Shown here piece by piece: positions 37,156 through 45,490 of a stretch of 64,000 nt of DNA. Both the position numbers and the translations under genes were made by a program. The notes beneath the pieces were generated by a model, which was not told the DNA's origin, ran no database searches, and saw nothing but the letters and a program-made list of their open reading frames with translations. The DNA is taken from positions 2,242 through 66,241 of the forward strand of contig URPE01000002.1 of NCBI GenBank assembly GCA_900549625.1. The letters are read 5' to 3'. The stretch comes from an uncultured Mycoplasmatota bacterium. GTDB lineage: Bacteria > Bacillota_I > Bacilli_A > RF39 > UBA660. Positions within the stretch are counted from its first letter, which is position 1; each line of letters starts with the position of its first letter.

Positions 37156-37431
37156 CTAATACCCCATCATTTTTCCAACAAAATAAAGAATACATAACAA
37201 TATAAATACTATCACATACATAGTAATTGGTATAGTATCTTGACTCTTTTTTTTCCCTAAATCGTAAAGTTTTTGCTTTTCATACCAATTTCTACTATAA
37301 CTTTCTGAAAATTTTTCACAACACCCACTACAAGGAAAAACATAGCATTTACATTTCTTACACTTATAAATACCATCACGCTTCTTATCAAAAGTATTTA
37401 TATATTCACAATCCGCACAATATTTTGCCAT
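37156..37431 (-). CDS. Cys-rich zinc-ribbon-like protein with C-terminal TM anchor
   Basis: MAKYCADCEY...YKCKKCKCYVFPCSGCCEKF (9 Cys in the first 40 aa), then TM MYVIVFILLCILYFVG. First gene of the MerR operon. Confidence 0.6.
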   Translation of the reverse strand: MAKYCADCEYINTFDKKRDGIYKCKKCKCYVFPCSGCCEKFSESYSRNWYEKQKLYDLGKKKSQDTIPITMYVIVFILLCILYFVGKMMGY

Positions 37432-37453
37432 ATAACTCACCACCTGTAATTAA

Positions 37454-37495
37454 ATTAAATCATTACAGTTAACTGGAGAGTCAATTACTATTTTA
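37454..37495 (-). promoter_or_regulatory. MerR-type promoter (19-nt spacer with dyad), copy 1 of a 25-bp repeat
   Basis: Minus-sense TAAAATAGTAATTGACTCTCCAGTT (37471-37495). TTGACT at 37479-37484, a 19-nt spacer containing the palindrome CAGTTAACTG, and TTTAAT at 37454-37459. ATG lies 23 nt downstream. Confidence 0.6.
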
Positions 37496-37784
37496 TTTGA
37501 GTTTCGTTTTTTTCAATAAAATTAATTCTATTTTTAAATTTTTATTAATTAATACTCAAGTGAAAATTTAAATTGACCAAAATTAGAAAATATAGTAGTA
37601 TAATGGCACTGAACGAGTAAATGGCCCAAAATAGTGTATTTGTTTGACTGGTACACTATTAAAAAATGGTAATTTTAATATTTCATTCCACACCAAAAAG
37701 TGTCGAACACAATAACGTGAATGACTAAATGCACCATTTAAGATGTAATATTAGAAATAATTAAATGTGCCATTTTACCCATTC

Positions 37785-37829
37785 GATAATAATAAATAAC
37801 GGAGCCTAGGCGTAGATTATTTATTATTA
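37785..37829. repeat. Perfect 14-bp inverted repeat with 17-nt spacer
   Basis: ATAATAATAAATAA (37785-37798) and TTATTTATTATTAT (37816-37829). The spacer contains the palindrome GCCTAGGC. Lies ~80 nt beyond the 3' end of the IS30 remnant. Confidence 0.6.
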
Positions 37830-37911
37830 TCTTTATTGAATAAACTAGGTTTAAGTATAATATATTTTGCGGGGATAAAATAAAAACCTAGTTTTTTTAT
37901 GTTTTCTTCTC

Positions 37912-38450
37912 CTATTTTTCTTTCATTAAATTATATGGTGTATTACCATTTAATTTTTCTCTTTTAATATTGTTAATATAATTCATCATTAAATAAATAT
38001 CTTCTTTAGAATATCTATCTAAATCTGTACCTTGTTCAATAAATCTTCTTATGTATTCATGTGTCACCTCAATACCTCCTTTTTGATCACTTCTTCTAGA
38101 ATCACAAAAGAACACCTTAATTTTAATAACATCAGGACCATTATCTTCGATTAAGTATGGCCTTTTAAACTCTTTACCATTGTCAGTTAATATCACTGGA
38201 AATTTTTTATAAAATGATTCATATCCAAGTATTGCTCTAATTCCGTTAATTTTGGCAGTAACTTCAGATATTGTTTGACTTTCTAATTTACAGGCTATCA
38301 TAAAGTTAAAGGGTATAAAGTTTAAAGTGAGTAAAGAACAGTGTCCTTTAATACCTTCAACAGTGTCCATTTCTACATAATAGTTGATATTGTTAGCTGC
38401 TTTATAGTTAAGAAAGTCTTTATAAGTGCGGTTAATTTTACACTCATTCT
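37912..38450 (-). mobile_element. IS30-family transposase gene remnant (5'-truncated)
   Basis: The 152-aa ORF carries the DDE-core C-terminal part (MDTVEG...ILTDNGKEF...QKGGIEVTHEYIRRF...LNGNTP). The frame stays open ~27 codons upstream to a TGA. The N-terminal HTH half is absent and no clear terminal IRs were found. Confidence 0.7.
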
Positions 38451-38579
38451 GTTTTCATTTCATATGTATTTTTAGTAAAATTATTTATATAAACACCTCC
38501 GATTATTTTTATTTAGCACTAATTTTAGACTACAATTAAATTGTACTAAATTTTGGACTTGTTTACTTCATTTTTAAGA

Positions 38580-38620
38580 CAAAAAGATGAAGAATTTATG
38601 ATTTTCTTCATCTTTTTTAG
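38580..38620. terminator. Bidirectional-looking intrinsic terminator
   Basis: An 11-bp perfect stem AAGATGAAGAA (38584-38594) / TTCTTCATCTT (38604-38614), flanked by an A-run on one side and a T-run on the other. Sits just 3' of gene 38649-39284. Confidence 0.75.
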
Positions 38621-38648
38621 TTATCAACAAATTTTAACATAACTCAAA

Positions 38649-39284
38649 CTATTTTAATATTTCTTCTAGACTATGACGTTTATTATCTTTATTTTTAGCC
38701 ATTTGTATTAAGGCTTTGTGTATCTTAAATTCATTTTCGGTTTCATCATCAAAAATGCCATCAGATAAATCTAAGAATTCTAAAGCATCTTCAAAATGTC
38801 CGTCCATTCTAAGCAAATCACATATAATTAATATTTCATCGGGCACTCTTTTTAAAACATTATTAAATAAAATTTGGAGTCCGACTTGTCTATAATACCT
38901 TTCATCTTCTTCATTATCACAAACCCAAGAAGCATTAATAAATGTCTTATAAGCCAAGAAATATTGTTGATTTTCTTCATACTGACTAGCAACACCAACT
39001 ATTTTTCTAAGTCTATCATTTTTAATTTTCTGCATTTCTTCAAATATTTTACTTTTTTGCCAATCTTTAAGATTATTACAATACTTATGTACAATAGGTT
39101 CGGTAATATCAAAGCTTACATAATGACAATGTGGACACTCCTTAATATTAAAACCAATTATCGAATCATTTTTAGGTTTACCATCCATATCTCCATACCC
39201 AAAATTATGCCAAGATAAAACATCATTATACTTTGCTTCTTTATTACAAACAGCACATTTATAAATATTTTCAATAATGTTCAT
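38649..39284 (-). CDS. Zinc-ribbon plus helical (TPR-like) protein, possibly DUF2225-like
   Basis: True start is likely ATG 39282-39284 (MNIIENIYKCAVCNKE...) after GGGAGG. CxxC...CPHCHY zinc ribbon, followed by a helical C-terminal half. The track ORF extends over its own promoter. Confidence 0.6.
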   Translation of the reverse strand: MNIIENIYKCAVCNKEAKYNDVLSWHNFGYGDMDGKPKNDSIIGFNIKECPHCHYVSFDITEPIVHKYCNNLKDWQKSKIFEEMQKIKNDRLRKIVGVASQYEENQQYFLAYKTFINASWVCDNEEDERYYRQVGLQILFNNVLKRVPDEILIICDLLRMDGHFEDALEFLDLSDGIFDDETENEFKIHKALIQMAKNKDNKRHSLEEILK

Positions 39285-39319
39285 ATATATCAAACCTCCC
39301 AAAAAACATTTACAAAAAA

Positions 39320-39360
39320 ATCTTATCATACAATCAACTGGAGAGTCAATTACTATTTTA
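39320..39360 (-). promoter_or_regulatory. Copy 2 of the 25-bp MerR-type promoter core
   Basis: Identical 25-mer at 39336-39360. TTGACT at 39344-39349, 18-nt spacer, TAAGAT at 39320-39325, 36 nt upstream of ATG 39284. Confidence 0.55.
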
Positions 39361-39548
39361 ATATTTTTTTCCAAATAATATTACAACAAAAAAGTAACAA
39401 GATTACCTTGCTACTCCTCTACTAGGATCTTCAAAAACAGGAGTTCCATTATTATAATAATTAACTCTATTAGGTGCCATTTGTCTAAGTGCTTCTTGTA
39501 ATTCAGCAGGTGCATTAGCAATTTTTACGTTCAATTTATTTCACGTAT

Positions 39549-42500
39549 TCACATATTTCTTCCATGATTAGATAATTCAAAATATTCATTTGAATCATTT
39601 TGAGCTAATGTAGACTTTAAAACCTTTTGTTCCTGTATATAACGACAACTTAACTCAAATTGTTGTTTATCATAACTCTTGTAAGATTCGTAAAGTTCTT
39701 TAATTATTGGTATTAATTCCTTTGAAAAATCAAATCTTAACATTTGCTTATTAAGTTTTGAATCCGAATTTAAAAATCTAACCCGATCTAAAGCATCAGA
39801 ATCTTTCAAAATATTAGCAATTTTTTTAACATAATCTCTTTGGTTACGTTCAATTTCATATTTGTCACAAATTTTTTCAAATCTAAAATCATCATCAATA
39901 TCGGCATGATACTCAACAACAACCTGCATAAGCTTAATATCATTCTTACTAAAACCTTTTTGAAATAAATAAGGCTCCATTTTTTTTGCACTTTCTAAAC
40001 CATGTCTGTTATCATAATAATCACTTTTTCTACCACAATCGTGATATTTTGCGCATTCAGTTAAAAGACTAATAGCGTGCTCATCAATTGAACCATTATC
40101 TAATTTTAACTCTTGCCTTCCTAACAATTGTGACAAAAACATAACTCTTTCTATATGTTCAATACTATGATTTTTATCAGCATTCAAATATAATTTATTT
40201 GTCATAATATCATCTATTTGCTTACTTAAAAAATCGCAATCAATCTCAGAAAAAATTTGAGTCAACGTGGAATCTGAATTTTCAAATTGATTAACCTTAA
40301 TAATATTCATCAATTTTGGAGTATTGTTTCTACATAAGTTAACATTAATATATTGCATCAATTGAGATATATACTTATCAATTGAAATATCCATATAATT
40401 TGACCGTTCCGTAGTTTCCATTGCATTGCTAAATTTGTTATTTTCCTTTTCTAAAATACTAATCAATCGATTACTATTTTTAAAATATTCTACAATGTCA
40501 TTAGTTTCTTGATAATGTGCTTGTATTTCAGATATAATTTGATCTAATAATATTTCAATTTTTGTTGTAGGAAAATATTTATCTACCCAATCATTATTTG
40601 TCCATTTTAAACCACTTCGATTGTTTTCATGAGACAACAATATTTGTTCTAATAAAGTAAGTTTCATTTCCATATCTTTACATCTATTAAATTCCTGTAT
40701 TTTTTTATCAATTTTTTTAACCTCATGTTGAATTATCTTTTCTTTATTCAAAAATACAATTGGAATATTCATCTCTGAAGAGCATTTTATAGAATTCTGT
40801 TTGATTTCATCATCCATATCGCTATAAATTATTACATAACTTGGTTGAATATTTTGAAACATTTGATTTTTTTTATCATTTCGTAATTCATTTCTTTCTA
40901 AAACAAGTTCATTATGTGAATGTCTAGTATTATCAATTATATCCTGAGCACTCATAAAAACTAATGGCCGTCCCTCTTGAATGTCATACTCATCATTAGC
41001 AGAATAAATATCATATGGTGCAATTTTAGTTATTGATTTAGAATCCCAACCATCAAATCCAAATAAAACATCGTTTACCATGGCTATACTTAAATTATCG
41101 TTTGAAATTAATGAACAACAAATTCCATGATTAGATTTTCTACTACTATTATTCCATGAATCAAAGTAGTTATTGTTTATTAACTCCATTTTACCATAAG
41201 CAGCAGTACTATGAACAAGCATTTTAAATTCATACCCAGGTTCAAAAACTGATACTTTTTTTATAAACTTATTACCATTTTCTTCTATAACAAATTCCAT
41301 TTCTTTAGATTGATTAAAAATATATTCATCATTTTCATCTTTTATTTTATCAGTAACTTTATAAACACTATCAGATATTTCCTTACTAAACATTTGTCTA
41401 ATAGATTGCTCAAAAAAGACAGTTTCTTCAAAAGATAAAACCCTATTTTCTGATTCAAAGTATTGTTCAGCAATAACATGAATTTTTTGAATATCAAGAA
41501 TTCTTTTAATATTTTCAATATATTTTACTTGTGATTCATATTCATGCTTATCCGCAAATTTTTCAATAGAATTACCAAACATTCGCACTATTTCATGTGC
41601 CTCTTGTATATTTATATTAAAATATTTATTTAGGTAAGCATTTTTTGCATCATACAAATTTTTCTTAACAACGGCCTTCCTAAAACATTCATCACACAAT
41701 ATCATTCTATTATTTTGATAATTATTTAAATCATCAATTGTATTAATATCAGGTAAAATATTTAAAGAAAAATCTATTTCATCTTTTTCAACGTCAAACA
41801 TACTACCAGAAATACCATTATAATAAAGTGAAAAATCCCTCATACCAATTTCTGTTATTGTTTTCCAATTATTGTCAGTAAATTCCTTGGTATCAAAATT
41901 CTTATTATGTATTATTTTAGATATTTTTTTTATTTTTTTTGGATTTTTACTATAATATGAATTGTCTCTACTTATTTCAATAAGTCTTGTCATAAAAAAT
42001 ATAATATCTAAACCAGGAACATTTAGATTTTCAACACACCTAATCATGTTTTTTAAATACTCAGAAGAATTCTCATCAGCTAAAGCATAAGCCAATGACT
42101 TTGCTTCTATTGGATATTTACTCATTCTTTCAATAAAATCAAAACCCAAATCTAATATATTGTCTTGAAACAAATCAAATACTATAGTCCTAACAAGATA
42201 TGGATTTTTAGAATATAACTTTTTCAAGTATTCATATTTGTCATACTTAAAAGGGCCTTTATATCCTCTAAAATTATTTGGACAATTAAAAGTTTCATTC
42301 CATTCACCTATTAACCTGTAAAAAAAACGTTTGTCGAACAAAATATCATTTGCAGTATCTATGTCCAAATCAGGCTCAAACATTAGTTCCTGAATAATTT
42401 TCTTGTCAATGTAATTCATAAATTTTTCATTCTTTACAATTGCTACTTTATCTATAAGAGGCATTGACTCAGAAGAAAATGCTCCATTAAAGCCAAAGAG

Positions 42501-43658
42501 ATTATTAACATTAAAATCAACATTCCCACTAAAAATCAAATCAACAATTTTTTTGTCATTTAACAATTCAAAACGTTGCTCGCTTGTAAGGTATTCTTGG
42601 CCAACAATTATTGCCATATCAAATCCAGATAATTTTGAAAATAAAAGTTCATCGGACAATAAACTTTTTTTAGTTTTAAAATCATAATTTTTTGATATCA
42701 TAAAATTTGCAAGAATACTACCACTTATTCTAACTTTAACCCTATCATCTAAAAGAATTGACATTAAATCTGCTGACGACAATTTACTAGATTTTAAAAA
42801 ATATCCAATATCTATATTTTGAGCAAATTTATCAATAGCAATGAAATTTTGAAAATCATTGTAATTTTCACATAATTCTCCTAATAGTGCAGAAAAATCG
42901 AATTTTAGCAGAGCATCAAATATTTCGGGTCTAATTAGTAAATTTAATTTCTTACTTTTAGAAAAATTAGATTTTGATATAATATATCTAATACTTGAGG
43001 AAGAAATATATGGAAGTAACTTTTGATTAGATAAAATATAATCTTTAAATTCTTGTGAATAGTTTTTTGAATTTAAAATTGCCACTATAAAAGAACCTAA
43101 TTCACCAAAATCAGTAATAATATTAGCTCTATTATCTCTATCCCACTTATTAAAATTACGACAATAGTTTTCTAGAAAATCTACAACTGCTTTTTCATCA
43201 TTAGTTTTTTCTATTAATTGTGTTATAGACTTTTGTGGAAAAGATAAACAATTAATAAAATCTTGTGATGCTAACAAATTATTACATATTTTACAATTTG
43301 GGTCTTCTATTCGTTGTAAAAAAGATATTATTATTTCATCCAGTACAACAGATTTTCCAATGTTGTTTTTTTCAATAAATTCTTGTGATATTTTTTTTAA
43401 TATATCTATCATATCTTTTTGATTTATACCTGACAATAATTTTTGCATCGTTTGTTCTATAATAGATTCAAAATGAGTATTAATTTGTGCTATTTCTGAT
43501 TTAGATTCCTCCGAAAGTTCATTATTACTTTTTTCCTCAAGTTCCATCAGTCTATTTTGCATTTCTAAAATTTCTTCAGAATTTTCAAGTTCATCTTTTG
43601 CTTTCTTCCAATCTGAAATCAACTTTTTTAACATGTTTATTGCTTCTTGTTCTGACAT
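39549..43658 (-). CDS. 1369-aa protein: unassigned N-terminal ~1140 aa plus C-terminal HD hydrolase module
   Basis: GGAGG RBS before ATG 43656-43658. N-terminal charged coiled-coil-like segment. Internal repeats (IISKSNFSKSKKLNLL..EIFDALLKFDFSAL / MISKNYDFKTKKSLLSDELLFSKLSGFDMAI). C-terminal HSIEHIERV...KYHDCGR...RHGLESA...EYHADI...LKDSDALDRVR. Confidence 0.8.
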   Translation of the reverse strand: MSEQEAINMLKKLISDWKKAKDELENSEEILEMQNRLMELEEKSNNELSEESKSEIAQINTHFESIIEQTMQKLLSGINQKDMIDILKKISQEFIEKNNIGKSVVLDEIIISFLQRIEDPNCKICNNLLASQDFINCLSFPQKSITQLIEKTNDEKAVVDFLENYCRNFNKWDRDNRANIITDFGELGSFIVAILNSKNYSQEFKDYILSNQKLLPYISSSSIRYIISKSNFSKSKKLNLLIRPEIFDALLKFDFSALLGELCENYNDFQNFIAIDKFAQNIDIGYFLKSSKLSSADLMSILLDDRVKVRISGSILANFMISKNYDFKTKKSLLSDELLFSKLSGFDMAIIVGQEYLTSEQRFELLNDKKIVDLIFSGNVDFNVNNLFGFNGAFSSESMPLIDKVAIVKNEKFMNYIDKKIIQELMFEPDLDIDTANDILFDKRFFYRLIGEWNETFNCPNNFRGYKGPFKYDKYEYLKKLYSKNPYLVRTIVFDLFQDNILDLGFDFIERMSKYPIEAKSLAYALADENSSEYLKNMIRCVENLNVPGLDIIFFMTRLIEISRDNSYYSKNPKKIKKISKIIHNKNFDTKEFTDNNWKTITEIGMRDFSLYYNGISGSMFDVEKDEIDFSLNILPDINTIDDLNNYQNNRMILCDECFRKAVVKKNLYDAKNAYLNKYFNINIQEAHEIVRMFGNSIEKFADKHEYESQVKYIENIKRILDIQKIHVIAEQYFESENRVLSFEETVFFEQSIRQMFSKEISDSVYKVTDKIKDENDEYIFNQSKEMEFVIEENGNKFIKKVSVFEPGYEFKMLVHSTAAYGKMELINNNYFDSWNNSSRKSNHGICCSLISNDNLSIAMVNDVLFGFDGWDSKSITKIAPYDIYSANDEYDIQEGRPLVFMSAQDIIDNTRHSHNELVLERNELRNDKKNQMFQNIQPSYVIIYSDMDDEIKQNSIKCSSEMNIPIVFLNKEKIIQHEVKKIDKKIQEFNRCKDMEMKLTLLEQILLSHENNRSGLKWTNNDWVDKYFPTTKIEILLDQIISEIQAHYQETNDIVEYFKNSNRLISILEKENNKFSNAMETTERSNYMDISIDKYISQLMQYINVNLCRNNTPKLMNIIKVNQFENSDSTLTQIFSEIDCDFLSKQIDDIMTNKLYLNADKNHSIEHIERVMFLSQLLGRQELKLDNGSIDEHAISLLTECAKYHDCGRKSDYYDNRHGLESAKKMEPYLFQKGFSKNDIKLMQVVVEYHADIDDDFRFEKICDKYEIERNQRDYVKKIANILKDSDALDRVRFLNSDSKLNKQMLRFDFSKELIPIIKELYESYKSYDKQQFELSCRYIQEQKVLKSTLAQNDSNEYFELSNHGRNM

Positions 43659-43742
43659 AATTACCTCCATAATATTAACTAATCATAAAATATAAATAAA
43701 AAATCACTTATAAACGATTTAATTTTAAAAAGCAATTTTAAT

Positions 43743-44492
43743 TTAAACATTATTTAAACTATTTTTGTGCAAATGATATTTTAACTCAAATTCTCTTTCT
43801 TCAAATTTAAACAATTTATTAGAAATAAAATATGGCAATTCATCTAATAATTTATCTATATTACCATTGATTATTAAATCATGATTATTTATGCATACCA
43901 AATGAATTATTTTTAATATATTTATATTTCCAACAGAATTTGGTAAATAAAACAAACCAAATTTACTTGCAAACAATCTTGCTTCCATCTCAATTATTAT
44001 ATCATTAAGTTTAAATCCAATATTTTCTGTATATTTAACATAATCATCAGAATAATATAATTTTCTTGTACCTTTTAAACAAATAATTTTTTTAATGTAT
44101 TGTCTTAAAAATTCATATTTTATATAACTCTTAAAATCAATGTTATACTTTTTTATGATTTGCGCTATTTCTTCATTTGAAAAATATGAATAGTAACCAT
44201 TCTTTAATTTACTATCAATATCGACCAAATTTATGGGATTTACATTTCTTATTTTATCATACTTTGAAATCCCGTTTGGCAATGATAAAAAAAACTTCTG
44301 ACTAGCAGCATCATAGAAAATAAACCCTTCAGTAAAATTTTCAGAAATTTCAAAATCTCTATAAAAATTAACATTTAATTTATCATTATCAATTATGCCA
44401 GCAAAATTAAAAGATATATCATCTTTGATTTTCAAATAAAATTGATAAATTATATTTAATAAACTATTATAACTATTAATCGTATCAATCAT
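43743..44492 (-). CDS. Hypothetical 249-aa protein
   Basis: Long ORF co-oriented with, and 84 nt upstream of, the 1369-aa gene. No motif recognised. Confidence 0.6.
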   Translation of the reverse strand: MIDTINSYNSLLNIIYQFYLKIKDDISFNFAGIIDNDKLNVNFYRDFEISENFTEGFIFYDAASQKFFLSLPNGISKYDKIRNVNPINLVDIDSKLKNGYYSYFSNEEIAQIIKKYNIDFKSYIKYEFLRQYIKKIICLKGTRKLYYSDDYVKYTENIGFKLNDIIIEMEARLFASKFGLFYLPNSVGNINILKIIHLVCINNHDLIINGNIDKLLDELPYFISNKLFKFEEREFELKYHLHKNSLNNV

Positions 44493-44496
44493 AAAA

Positions 44497-44592
44497 TCAC
44501 CAATCCAACTGTTCTATAAAAGCTTTTCTAAACAAATAATCAGCCTGCCCCAACATTATATTATTTTTAATATTACTAACAATCCCAGCCAT
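44497..44592 (-). CDS. Possible 31-codon leader ORF
   Basis: Own translation MAGIVSNIKNNIMLGQADYLFRKAFIEQLDW. GAGG lies 7 nt upstream of the ATG. The stop is 4 nt before the 249-aa ORF start. Confidence 0.3.
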   Translation of the reverse strand: MAGIVSNIKNNIMLGQADYLFRKAFIEQLDW

Positions 44593-44675
44593 AACGTTAC
44601 CTCACTCTAAATATAGAATAACATAAAATGTTAAAAATGAAACAACAAACACTTTATATTTACGTAAAAAAAACT

Positions 44676-45482
44676 CTATTTATCTAGAGCTTCATACACA
44701 AATTTCATTATATCTTCCAAAGTATCTGCCGCAATTAAAAACCTACTATTATGACAAAATCTTAGTCCTTCTGGTAATTCATGTGTCCATTCTTCCGGAA
44801 ACGGTTTCTTTAATTCTACCGTATCTGGACTCTTACTTACCCCTTGTGCTGAATAACCACCTCTTTTAGAGGGATAAACAACATAAATAGTTTCCTTAAA
44901 AGGCAAAAAATCTTTAAAATAAGCATGTTTATCTAATACTAATACTCGTTTATCTAAAGAAGCATTATATTTTTCTATAACATATTTCTCTTCCTCCAAA
45001 TGTCTTTCTTCTTTCTTAATTAAATTTTCTAGTATTCTTTTAGCAAAAGAAACACATTCCATAAACTCTTTATCGCCAGTTTCATTATCTTCTAAAGGAT
45101 TAAAAGCAGAAAGGGCATAACATAAAGAATCATAAACACCAGTATTATCAGATAAATCTAAATGTTTAATAAATGCATTATCTATTTTTTTTACAATCTT
45201 CTCATCATACAAATAAGATGCAAAGTGACACCACAACTTTCCAAACGCAGCATAAGGCGTTTTATCACTCCTACATTCATTAGAAACCATATGATGATCA
45301 AACTCACCCATACCAATATCGAACATTATATAATCAGTTACTTTAGGGTTTTCATTAGTTCTAATAATTTCTATATCAGGTACAATAAGTTTTAAAAATG
45401 CTGCCCCAAAAATATCATCAGCATGAAAAGTACCCGTATGTGTAACCGCATATTTACATTTTTTTAATTCATCTAATGTCAT
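44676..45482 (-). CDS. MYG1-family (UPF0160) metal-dependent hydrolase/exonuclease-like protein
   Basis: N-terminal VTHTGTFHADDIFGAAFL and ...FDIGMGEFDHH motifs are typical of the MYG1 family. Confidence 0.7.
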   Translation of the reverse strand: MTLDELKKCKYAVTHTGTFHADDIFGAAFLKLIVPDIEIIRTNENPKVTDYIMFDIGMGEFDHHMVSNECRSDKTPYAAFGKLWCHFASYLYDEKIVKKIDNAFIKHLDLSDNTGVYDSLCYALSAFNPLEDNETGDKEFMECVSFAKRILENLIKKEERHLEEEKYVIEKYNASLDKRVLVLDKHAYFKDFLPFKETIYVVYPSKRGGYSAQGVSKSPDTVELKKPFPEEWTHELPEGLRFCHNSRFLIAADTLEDIMKFVYEALDK

Positions 45483-45490
45483 TAACCCTC

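Noticed and set aside
39376-39548. A short minus-strand reading frame just after the 1369-aa gene (NKLNVKIANAPAELQEALRQMAPNRVNYYNNGTPVFEDPSRGVAR*).
   Set aside because: It has no ATG/GTG start with an RBS; the only options are a TTG without an SD or an internal ATG giving 25 aa. It might be the tail of a lost gene, but I cannot support a call.
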